Virus record (IMG/VR): IMGVR_UViG_3300048930_000283
Strand: one strand, 5' to 3'
Source of the DNA: a virus
Taxonomy: Duplodnaviria; Heunggongvirae; Uroviricota; Caudoviricetes
Length of the DNA: 64,000 bases
Below, one piece after another: positions 38,492 to 45,981 of the stretch (position 1 is its first letter; the number at the start of each line of letters is the position of its first letter). The notes below the pieces were generated by a model, which was given only the letters and a program-made list of their open reading frames with translations, did not search any database and had not been told where the DNA came from. Made by a program: the position numbers and the translations under genes.

Positions 38492-38837
38492 ATTTTAGCT
38501 TAAACCATAGTGCGTCTTTTTCGTTATTGAAATAAAAGGTGTCTTTTGTTCTTAGACCCTTACCGCTCCCAACAACGTACTGATTTTCTACCCTATATTT
38601 GATATTGAGTTTAGTTAAAAGGTAGATAATATCCTCATAATCATTTACGGTCGAGTATAATTCTACTTTATATTCCATTTTATTTCCGAAAATTCGTTTT
38701 CTTTTGGTGGGTTTTGGTAGAATACCCTCTTCAATTAGTTGGTTCCATTTCATTCGTTCATAAAACATGCCGGTATAGAAGAATAATGGAATCCACAGTA
38801 GAGCAATAGCTAAATAACTAAACCATGACCAACTCAT
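38484..38837 (-). CDS. Membrane-anchored family member (117 aa; N-terminal TM helix plus ...TKDTFYFNNEKDALWFKLKYV). First gene of the array.
   Basis: N-terminal hydrophobic WFSYLAIALLWIPLFFY. The C-terminal module is almost identical to that of 38285..38491. Confidence 0.55.
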   Translation of the reverse strand: MSWSWFSYLAIALLWIPLFFYTGMFYERMKWNQLIEEGILPKPTKRKRIFGNKMEYKVELYSTVNDYEDIIYLLTKLNIKYRVENQYVVGSGKGLRTKDTFYFNNEKDALWFKLKYV

Positions 38838-38855
38838 CTTATACTCCGTTTCTTC

Positions 38856-39131
38856 TTACCAATCGGTTTCTTCCATAATTAGTTCTTTAAGCATGTTTTT
38901 GGCCTGCTTCAGAGCCTCAGCTGCACTTCCTACTGCTAAATTTGCGAACAACAGCGTACCTGTGACACCACAACGAATAATGGGCGACCAGGTTCCATTA
39001 CCATTCAAAACTGCTCTCAGTTTATACACCGGTGAGGTGTGGGTTACCGCTAACATCACCGAAGAGAATACCAAAATCTCCTTAACTGCAGGGTCACCAT
39101 CTACATCATGAACTTTAGAGAATTTCAACAT
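38856..39131 (-). CDS. Hypothetical protein (91 aa).
   Basis: Complete ORF upstream of the array. Confidence 0.45.
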   Translation of the reverse strand: MLKFSKVHDVDGDPAVKEILVFSSVMLAVTHTSPVYKLRAVLNGNGTWSPIIRCGVTGTLLFANLAVGSAAEALKQAKNMLKELIMEETDW

Positions 39132-39154
39132 GATTTAATACTCCTTTTCCAAAA

Positions 39155-40063
39155 TTAGGCCGTAGCCGAATACAGAGCAACACGGCTGAACATTTTCGCT
39201 TCGTCCTGATCCATGCTGTTGCGAATCTTGACCAAGTTCATGACGCTGCGAACGTTGAGATCGGTAAATTTGACCGAATTCTCACGAACGAACTGCATCA
39301 CTTCCATTTTGATGTAGTGGTCGACGTTCGGCATGAAACCACCTTCACTCATGACCATTTCGATACGATCGACCTTTTCTTCGGTCGTCATATCCAACGA
39401 CACCTTCGTGCAGCGGCTAACCAAGGCCTGCGGCACTTTGTTCATCGGGAGGTTGCTGATAAAGATGACTCGGCCAGTGAACTCAAAACGGGACGGGAGG
39501 TCGTCGTCTTGACTACGAGTCTCGGCCATCCAGCTGATAACACGCTTTTCGTTGGAATCCAAAGCACCTTTCAGGATGTTGATGCCAATCACGTCTTTGA
39601 ACGAACTGTCAGCATCATCAAACACGATGATCTTGCCGTTGTTTTCAAAGAGGCAGCGATACATGCCCTTCGCAGTGGTGAAACCCTTGATGACGATAAA
39701 ATCACCATCAATCTCACCGATCGTATCCTCGGTCTTACCACACTGCTTCAGGGTTTCCATGACAGTGTGCGTTTTGCCCAGACCACCGGGACCCGAAATG
39801 AACAACGCAGTGGATTGACCACGAGCAACCATCTTGACGAAATGCTCGAGGAAGGTGAATCGCTCATTGACAGAGAACTTGACTTTTTCTTGCTCGAAAT
39901 CGAAGTTCGAACCCTGACGATCATCAACCTCAATCGAAAGCCCTTTGCGGGCCAGGGAATTCATGACTTTCTGTTCGGTTGCAGCACGGGAAACAACACG
40001 CCCATCCACAACACCTTCCCATTTACCAAACCGCTTGTTGTAGCGAATTTCGACGTTTTCCAT
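39155..40063 (-). CDS. AAA+/P-loop ATPase (302 aa) with an N-terminal roughly 40-aa 'KFGKWEG.VDG.VVSRA' module. The gene is markedly GC-richer than its surroundings.
   Basis: Walker A ISGPGGLGKTHTV, Walker B KIIVFDDADSSF, sensor-like SRCTK. N-terminal RFGKWEGVVDGRVVSRAATEQKVMNSL. The high local GC generates a spurious 268-aa antisense ORF. Confidence 0.85.
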   Translation of the reverse strand: MENVEIRYNKRFGKWEGVVDGRVVSRAATEQKVMNSLARKGLSIEVDDRQGSNFDFEQEKVKFSVNERFTFLEHFVKMVARGQSTALFISGPGGLGKTHTVMETLKQCGKTEDTIGEIDGDFIVIKGFTTAKGMYRCLFENNGKIIVFDDADSSFKDVIGINILKGALDSNEKRVISWMAETRSQDDDLPSRFEFTGRVIFISNLPMNKVPQALVSRCTKVSLDMTTEEKVDRIEMVMSEGGFMPNVDHYIKMEVMQFVRENSVKFTDLNVRSVMNLVKIRNSMDQDEAKMFSRVALYSATA

Positions 40064-40080
40064 GACCTAAATAACTCCCA

Positions 40081-40146
40081 AACTCATTTAACCAATGAAT
40101 CAATTGTACATCAGTTGGATTAAATGTGGGAAATTAATTATAAGTT
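40081..40146 (-). promoter_or_regulatory. Conserved roughly 65-nt upstream element (copy 1) containing a late-promoter-like box and a conserved 5'-UTR hairpin. Other copies are at about 42912..42976 and, partially, 62216..62245.
   Basis: Copies 1 and 2 are about 90% identical although their flanking genes are unrelated. In the gene sense the consensus is ...TATAA(A/T)TAATTTCCCAYMTTTAAWCCAACTGATGTAYAATTRRTTCATTGGTT... Confidence 0.5.
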
Positions 40147-40152
40147 ATTGAT

Positions 40153-40419
40153 TTATAAGTAACTCAAAAGGTAATCGCTAATTGGTATTGCAGATAGTTG
40201 GGCTAGAATAACATCGTTTTTATCAACGAAACCTTTTGGAGCCGAAATAAAACCATCATCAAAGGGCATAAATCTTCGACGTGCATTCGGATATATGCTC
40301 AACCAAGTATCATCGCTATCGTGGAATTCAATTGAAGCACTAAACCAGCGGTAGTTATAAAAACCATCATCCGTATTTAGCTCAACGTAAAGGGTCCGGT
40401 TTGTCATTGTAGTATTCAT
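40153..40419 (-). CDS. Small hypothetical protein (88 aa), paralogous to 40382..40612.
   Basis: Shared pattern Y.EL...G.Y.WF....DG........D.ILA.LSA.PI..Y. Confidence 0.5.
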   Translation of the reverse strand: MNTTMTNRTLYVELNTDDGFYNYRWFSASIEFHDSDDTWLSIYPNARRRFMPFDDGFISAPKGFVDKNDVILAQLSAIPISDYLLSYL

Positions 40420-40612
40420 CGATTGGTTTAGCAGATAGGATAGCTAAAAGTATTTCGTCGTTGGTCATACTTGGAGTAGTTTTTGTTTTACCATCAGCAC
40501 TTAAGTAAAGTCTTCTTTTTGAGGAGGTGAAAGGGGGAATCCAACTGCAACCTAACACAAACCATTGATAGTTGCCATTATTCTGCAACTCAATATAGGT
40601 TTTTGGTTTCAT
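40382..40612 (-). CDS. Small hypothetical protein (76 aa), paralogous to 40153..40419.
   Basis: See its paralogue. Overlaps its neighbour by 38 nt. Confidence 0.45.
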   Translation of the reverse strand: MKPKTYIELQNNGNYQWFVLGCSWIPPFTSSKRRLYLSADGKTKTTPSMTNDEILLAILSAKPIDEYYNDKPDPLR

Positions 40613-40734
40613 TTAAATTTAATTGTGAAACAGACACGATCCTTAACCCCATTGATCTACCTCACGATAGTTGCTATACTTAGTAGCAAGACGATAGTGC
40701 CAACTGTTACGATTTAGTTCAAGTGTGTTCATAA

Positions 40735-41022
40735 TTAATCCTGTAGTTTAGACCAAATACCCCTAAGGATTGCCTTGACAGTTCGCATCTCCTGAGCAGT
40801 CATTTCACCTGCCATTAGACGGATATCCTGCTCTGTCATGTTCAATAGAGCATCGACACTATCACGAGCATAGTCCTTTAAAGGTTTCTTGTTTCGACAT
40901 AGTACCTTGCCATCAATGTCCAACTCGTACATATATCCATCACCAACAGATGCGTTAATGAACATAGCCTTAGCTCGCTTACGCTCAACCACACTTAGAT
41001 ATTTGAATGGCAGGGCGATCAT
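40735..41022 (-). CDS. Hypothetical protein (95 aa).
   Basis: Complete ORF. Confidence 0.45.
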   Translation of the reverse strand: MIALPFKYLSVVERKRAKAMFINASVGDGYMYELDIDGKVLCRNKKPLKDYARDSVDALLNMTEQDIRLMAGEMTAQEMRTVKAILRGIWSKLQD

Positions 41023-41028
41023 TTTGCT

Positions 41029-41409
41029 TTACTTTCTCTTAAGATACTCAACAGCAGCATTCATTCCGGTTAGATAACCATCCCAATAATCTGCTGTGTT
41101 TTTGTTATCACCTAAAATTAATTTAACCTTTTCGTTGAATTCAGTGAATGTATTTGACATTTTCAACAGACGGCAGATAACTCGGCGTTCCGTAAGATCA
41201 GTTGTGGGTCTTCCTGTTACATCCCAGAAGTCTTTCATTACATCTTGAAGTTCTTTCGGTAAAGAATCAACCCATTCCAGCCACTCAGTCGCTGTTTTAA
41301 ACGTTTTCTTCACATTATTCTCCTTGAAGAGCACCCTCAACACCATGCTTCTTGACCATGGTTTGGTTACATTTCTCTGCAGATGAAGCACGAGTGACCA
41401 CCTTACCAT
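41029..41409 (-). CDS. Hypothetical protein (up to 126 aa by the track). The real start is probably an internal Met, because the 5' part overlaps the upstream gene by 95 nt.
   Basis: ORF with internal ATG candidates (MVLRVLF..., MKDFWD...). Confidence 0.4.
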   Translation of the reverse strand: MVRWSLVLHLQRNVTKPWSRSMVLRVLFKENNVKKTFKTATEWLEWVDSLPKELQDVMKDFWDVTGRPTTDLTERRVICRLLKMSNTFTEFNEKVKLILGDNKNTADYWDGYLTGMNAAVEYLKRK

Positions 41410-41794
41410 TCACATAGCCATCATACTTACCGAATTTTTCATTCCACACAATAACCCCGTGCATACCCTGGGCATCCGCCGATTTTCGATATGCACGAGG
41501 TTTTTCAATAACCCTCTCATTGGGGACGAATTTCTGAATCACGTGGGGAAAGTCCTCAGCAAACTTGAGCACCTTGTTGTATGCGTAGGTACGCAGTTCG
41601 TCATCTTGTTTGCCCAAATAGTGACCCTGCACCAAGTACTTGTAGTAGTACTCCATATGGAAGGGCGCAGCATTCTCAGGTGCATCAATACCGAAGTCCG
41701 ACTTGAGCATGTTTTGATAGTCTGCATTCTCGGGTAGGGCTCGAAGGAACCCAACCATGTCAGTACCTGAAATAAACTTCGGAATCATTCGCAC
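41315..41794 (-). CDS. Hypothetical protein (159 aa) whose C-terminus carries the same 'KFGKYDG.VNGKVVTRA' module found at the N-terminus of the AAA+ ATPase and the SprT-like protease.
   Basis: C-terminal IVWNEKFGKYDGYVNGKVVTRASSAEKCNQTMVKKHG. Confidence 0.5.
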   Translation of the reverse strand: MRMIPKFISGTDMVGFLRALPENADYQNMLKSDFGIDAPENAAPFHMEYYYKYLVQGHYLGKQDDELRTYAYNKVLKFAEDFPHVIQKFVPNERVIEKPRAYRKSADAQGMHGVIVWNEKFGKYDGYVNGKVVTRASSAEKCNQTMVKKHGVEGALQGE

Positions 41795-41885
41795 ATCTCC
41801 TTAACTAAAAGACACAACTCAGGTGCAATGAAAAACAGGGCAACAGCAATTAGAGTTAGTTCAATCATCGAAAATATACCTCACC

Positions 41886-42395
41886 TCAACACTTGAGCGC
41901 TCCATACACCCGAGCGTTATCGAACACTTTAGTGTAACCATACACCCGAGCGTAACCATACACCCGAGCAGTACCGAACACTTGAGCGTTATCGCACACT
42001 TGAGCATCATCGAACACCCAAGCGTTATCGAACACCCAAACGTTCTCGAACACTTGAGCGCAACCTGACACCTGAGCATCACCATACACTTGAGCGTTAT
42101 CATACACTAGCGCTCGACCGGACACCTGCGCTCGATCGAACATTTGTGCGTCATCGAACACCTGCGCTCGACCGAACACTTGTGCCCGATTGAACACCCG
42201 AGCGTTACCATACACTTGAGCGTCATCGAACACCTGCGCATCACCAAACACCCAGCAGTTACCTCCGTGACTTAAGTTGGATTCTTTTTCGATCCAACCA
42301 CCAATGTCGCCTTTTTTAACCGAACCGAAATCTCGTACTGCTCGAATTTGCATCAAGCCATTTTTTTTGACGCCAGTGAATTCATATTTCTTCAT
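41886..42395 (-). CDS. Beta-helix (hexapeptide-like) repeat protein, copy 2 (about 169 aa from the internal Met). The track's 257-aa version (41886..42659) includes an out-of-frame read-through of copy 1.
   Basis: N-terminal MKKYEFTGVKKNGLMQIRAVRDFGSVKKGDIGGWIEKESNLSH is identical to copy 1. Then about 18 six-residue units, [GD][DN]A[QR]V[FYS]. Confidence 0.6.
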   Translation of the reverse strand: MKKYEFTGVKKNGLMQIRAVRDFGSVKKGDIGGWIEKESNLSHGGNCWVFGDAQVFDDAQVYGNARVFNRAQVFGRAQVFDDAQMFDRAQVSGRALVYDNAQVYGDAQVSGCAQVFENVWVFDNAWVFDDAQVCDNAQVFGTARVYGYARVYGYTKVFDNARVYGALKC

Positions 42396-42398
42396 GAT
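42277..42398. repeat. 122-bp perfect direct repeat (second copy at 42761..42882) covering the 5' ends of the two beta-helix-repeat genes.
   Basis: Identical strings ttggattctttttcgatccaaccaccaatgtcgcc...gtgaattcatatttcttcatgat occur at both loci, 484 bp apart. Confidence 0.8.
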
Positions 42399-42402
42399 TA
42401 TT

Positions 42403-42879
42403 TCACACCACCCGAGCGTTACCTGACACCCAAACATCACCTGACACCCGAGCGTTATTGAGCACTTGAGCGTGACCTGACACCCGAGCATCACCTGACA
42501 CCCGAGCATCACCTGACACCCAAGCATAACCGAACACTTGAGCGTTATCGAACACTTGAGCGTGACCTGACACCTGAGCATCACCATACACCCGAGCGTT
42601 ATCGAGCACTTGAGCATCACCTGACACCCGAGCTTTATCGCTAACTTGAGCGTTACCATACACCTGCGCTTGACCTAACACTTGTGCCCGATTGAACACT
42701 TGAGCGTCATCGAACACCTGCGCATCACCACGCACCCAACAAGTATCGTTATGGCTCAAATTGGATTCTTTTTCGATCCAACCACCAATGTCGCCTTTTT
42801 TAACCGAACCGAAATCTCGTACTGCTCGAATTTGCATCAAGCCATTTTTTTTGACGCCAGTGAATTCATATTTCTTCAT
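42403..42879 (-). CDS. Beta-helix (hexapeptide-like) repeat protein, copy 1 (158 aa).
   Basis: Same N-terminal 43 aa. Then GDAQVF DDAQVF NRAQVL GQAQVY GNAQVS ... periodic 6-mers. Confidence 0.65.
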   Translation of the reverse strand: MKKYEFTGVKKNGLMQIRAVRDFGSVKKGDIGGWIEKESNLSHNDTCWVRGDAQVFDDAQVFNRAQVLGQAQVYGNAQVSDKARVSGDAQVLDNARVYGDAQVSGHAQVFDNAQVFGYAWVSGDARVSGDARVSGHAQVLNNARVSGDVWVSGNARVV

Positions 42880-43270
42880 GATCTAAATCTCCTATTCAAT
42901 GAATAAATCAAACCAATGAACTAATTATACATCAGTTGGTTTAAAGATGGGAAATTATTTATAACTTATTGATTTTTAATGTGTTAGTAATTTGTTCACT
43001 TTTAGGCAATGTTCATGTTTCATGAACAACCATTAAAAGTGAACAAGCTAACGGATATGTTTGGATTCCCACCATTGATGGTATAGTTTTTCATCAGTAT
43101 ACCTTAGTAGTGCATACAGCGGAGGGATTAGTAGGATTGGGATAAACGAATGTGTACCAATTAAAATAAAAGGTATTGCAAGGATGGAAAGGAACGTAAG
43201 TTTGTTAATTAATGGATACATTGCGATAATATACCTTCAGTGTAGCCAACTATCAATCAGTTCAGAATAC

Positions 43271-43486
43271 TCAGTCATCTATTTCCTCTGGTGTATTAAC
43301 CTTTTCCATTAGTAACTGAATAAACTCAGGTTTGTGTTCCTTCAATACTTCTTTGGATGCTAGGAAATTGGCCAATTCAATCAAATCACCAGCCATGTAT
43401 CCTTTTTGTAGCAGGTACTCTGCGTGTGACAGTACACGATCCCTATCTTGTTGAGGTAAATTAAAAACTGAGATTTTATCATCCAT
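43271..43486 (-). CDS. Hypothetical protein (71 aa).
   Basis: Complete ORF immediately upstream of gp5. Confidence 0.45.
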   Translation of the reverse strand: MDDKISVFNLPQQDRDRVLSHAEYLLQKGYMAGDLIELANFLASKEVLKEHKPEFIQLLMEKVNTPEEIDD

Positions 43487-43497
43487 ATATGTCTCCT

Positions 43498-45981
43498 TTA
43501 AGCTAATAGTATCAATCCTTGACCGTATGTTCGATGGTTATTGAGTGTTAAGATTTGTTTTCTGTTTGATTCTTGACTAAATGATATATGAATCCAAACG
43601 GATCCTCCATCATATTCTAATAACAATTGATCGTATGGCACTAAATTCTTAATTTCCTTTGCTTTGTCAAAGTAAAACTGTCTGTTTCCTCTATGACCAC
43701 CGAATCCAATATCAACAGCCTGTCCCCTTTCGTGTTGCGAATTTCCTCCTAGACTTCTAAACCCACTGTTTATGGTAATACCATCACCGCCATATTTTTC
43801 AAAAAGAGGTTCAACCACGTTCATACATAGATGTTTTAGGTTGCAAGCTATTTTAGTGTCTTTGAGTCCTTGCCATTCCCCACCATAAGGGAACCTGTGT
43901 CCTGACATTATTAAGTCCTTCAATCTAAAGTTTGCTGTCAGTTTTGTACTTGGAGACAGAGGAAGTATAAAATCACACTCCGTGGTTTCTGGCTCAACCT
44001 CCTTTGGCTTTTCCTCATCCTTCTGTTCCTCAGATGGTGTGGGGGAGGTTGAATCTCTACTTGCTGCATCTGCTTTCTTAGCTGCTTCGTCTGTGTGTTC
44101 CAATGTTATGCTCTCCTCTTCTTTTCTAGTGAATGGTGTTGGAAGAACAATGGAAGGTGAATACGTTGGTATTTCTGATGCATAATCAGGGTCATTCGAT
44201 CCACTTCCAGCACGAGCACGGTGCACCTTCTCTGTTATCCAATGCACATCTTCTTGCACAGTCATATAGTAGTTGCCTCTAACATTGTTATGCCAATCCC
44301 CTTTGACATCTACGTAATAGTTTCCTTCTACGTTCATAGATGCATTGCCCGCTACGTCTATATTTGAATTTCCCATAATTTTAACTGACATATCACCCTG
44401 AATTGCTACATGTCCTGATCCTATCACATAAACTAAGTCATCCTTCTCAACAATAACAACTCGAGCACCTTTAACTCTATCAGTTTTGGTTCCGTGGTGA
44501 TCCACCTCAGAAAAGGTACCTGATTTGTGATAAAAATGAGTTCTCTCAAATCCTTTAGTATCGTCAAATTCCATGATATGTCCTGATTCAGACTGATAGA
44601 CGTGGTTATATGGATATTTTGCGTTATAAGGAATGTATGGTTGATACCACGTTGTTGAACTGTTAGCAACAGGAATATGTTGAATTCGTTCTTGTTCCTT
44701 TATATTCACTATCGTCTCATTTACTTTCTGTGCTCGTGACAGTCTATTGGTGTCTGGTTCATTCAAATGAGTTTCAAGTGGGTACTTCTTAAATGGATCC
44801 TTAAATCCGTCCAACTCACATTGCTTATCCTGCAGTTCCTCTTTCTTAGAAGTAGGGTCTTTAGATACATCAAACCTTTTGCAATTTCCTCTACACTTTG
44901 GCGATGGGTTTGTGCAAGCGGGTTTTTTGATGTTCTTAGGAGTAGGATTTTCTGCTGATTTAGGAGCAAAACCAGCTATAGCTGCATATCCGTTCTTGTA
45001 TGCCTGAAGTGTGGTTAGTCCATTTCCGTCCTTTGTTTGATATGCACCCTCACTATTTACATACTTGATCGCAGTACCTGCACCCTGGTTATGTGCAACA
45101 TATAACAGTCCACCCAATTTTGCTGGATCAACTTCCTCACCCTTTATTCCGGTGCCTTTAACTAATTGTTTGTAGTTGTTGTGAAGCATCCTGTCCATCA
45201 GGTTCTCTTGAAGTACTGGGTTGTTTAGAAGATCCTGTTTCGATGTTATACCTTCTTTGCCTACCCAAGCATCAGCATGGTCCACCGCTGCTGCACCATA
45301 CTTTTTGTATGCATCACCCTTGATATACCCATAATCAACCAACTTACCTGCACCTATTTGATACTTTCCTAAATAGTGACCGTTGTTTTTCTCTATTGCT
45401 TGATAATTATTTGATGACTCTAAGTTTCCTATATGTTGCTTTATTTTGGCATATTGATCTTTAGTCAAGGACCCAAGGTATTTTCCTTCAGGTGTCACCC
45501 CTTCGTTGGGATCTCCTGTGGTGACTGGAGCACCCTCACTATCGGTTACAATACCACCAGTGCCAGTACCAACATAACTTGGCTCAGGTGGTACTGGAGG
45601 ATCAGGTTCTAATGGTGGGGCGGATGGGGTTAATGCAGCTCCACTAGGCTGACCACCCATTTGATCCGATTCCACCTCACTTAAATATACATCTTTAACC
45701 AATGGGAATCCGCCTACCGTACCCAGTATTATGGGTGTTTGCATACTTTCGTCTGTGAATATACACAAAACCCAGGTTCCTTCTACAGGACCTGTCGGGC
45801 TGAATCCTATCCCATTCATTGCCGCACTAGTGAAGTTTTGCACAGGAGTTGCCCAGGGTAAATCCTCAGTTGGCAATTCTGCCTTATTCTCATTGTGCAA
45901 TCCCACAATTCTTACACGCAACCTACCTAACTTAAGAGGATCTAATCTATCCTCAACCACACCAAAGTGATAATTGTTCAC
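43498..45981 (-). CDS. gp5: Baseplate hub/central spike protein (gp5-like; 827 aa) with an N-terminal OB domain, a central transglycosylase-like region and a C-terminal zinc D-Ala-D-Ala-carboxypeptidase-like (M15) domain.
   Basis: N-terminal GVVEDRLDPLKLGRLRVRIVGLHNE...LPWATP matches T4 gp5 (VGVVEDVMDPSLIGRVRVRVHGLH...LPWA). Central GKYQIGAGKLVDYGYIK. C-terminal SGFRSLGGNSQHERGQAVDI (SxHxxGxAxD peptidase M15 motif). Confidence 0.85.
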   Translation of the reverse strand: MNNYHFGVVEDRLDPLKLGRLRVRIVGLHNENKAELPTEDLPWATPVQNFTSAAMNGIGFSPTGPVEGTWVLCIFTDESMQTPIILGTVGGFPLVKDVYLSEVESDQMGGQPSGAALTPSAPPLEPDPPVPPEPSYVGTGTGGIVTDSEGAPVTTGDPNEGVTPEGKYLGSLTKDQYAKIKQHIGNLESSNNYQAIEKNNGHYLGKYQIGAGKLVDYGYIKGDAYKKYGAAAVDHADAWVGKEGITSKQDLLNNPVLQENLMDRMLHNNYKQLVKGTGIKGEEVDPAKLGGLLYVAHNQGAGTAIKYVNSEGAYQTKDGNGLTTLQAYKNGYAAIAGFAPKSAENPTPKNIKKPACTNPSPKCRGNCKRFDVSKDPTSKKEELQDKQCELDGFKDPFKKYPLETHLNEPDTNRLSRAQKVNETIVNIKEQERIQHIPVANSSTTWYQPYIPYNAKYPYNHVYQSESGHIMEFDDTKGFERTHFYHKSGTFSEVDHHGTKTDRVKGARVVIVEKDDLVYVIGSGHVAIQGDMSVKIMGNSNIDVAGNASMNVEGNYYVDVKGDWHNNVRGNYYMTVQEDVHWITEKVHRARAGSGSNDPDYASEIPTYSPSIVLPTPFTRKEEESITLEHTDEAAKKADAASRDSTSPTPSEEQKDEEKPKEVEPETTECDFILPLSPSTKLTANFRLKDLIMSGHRFPYGGEWQGLKDTKIACNLKHLCMNVVEPLFEKYGGDGITINSGFRSLGGNSQHERGQAVDIGFGGHRGNRQFYFDKAKEIKNLVPYDQLLLEYDGGSVWIHISFSQESNRKQILTLNNHRTYGQGLILLA

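Noticed and set aside
39317-40123. 268-aa plus-strand ORF antisense to the AAA+ ATPase gene
   Set aside because: It arises from the locally elevated GC of the ATPase gene. It has no start context or Shine-Dalgarno, and the minus-strand product has clear Walker motifs.
42396-42659. N-terminal 88-aa extension (MVTLKLAIKLGCQV...) of the 257-aa track ORF
   Set aside because: It is an out-of-frame read-through of the upstream paralog's repeat region. The conserved MKKYEFTGVKK... start, identical to copy 1, marks the real initiation site.
41861-42879. Periodic 18-nt DNA repeats (cacccgagcgttatcgaacacttgagcg...) that could be taken for a CRISPR array or satellite
   Set aside because: The periodicity is in-frame hexapeptide coding repeats inside two protein genes. 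There are no unique spacers and no leader or cas context.
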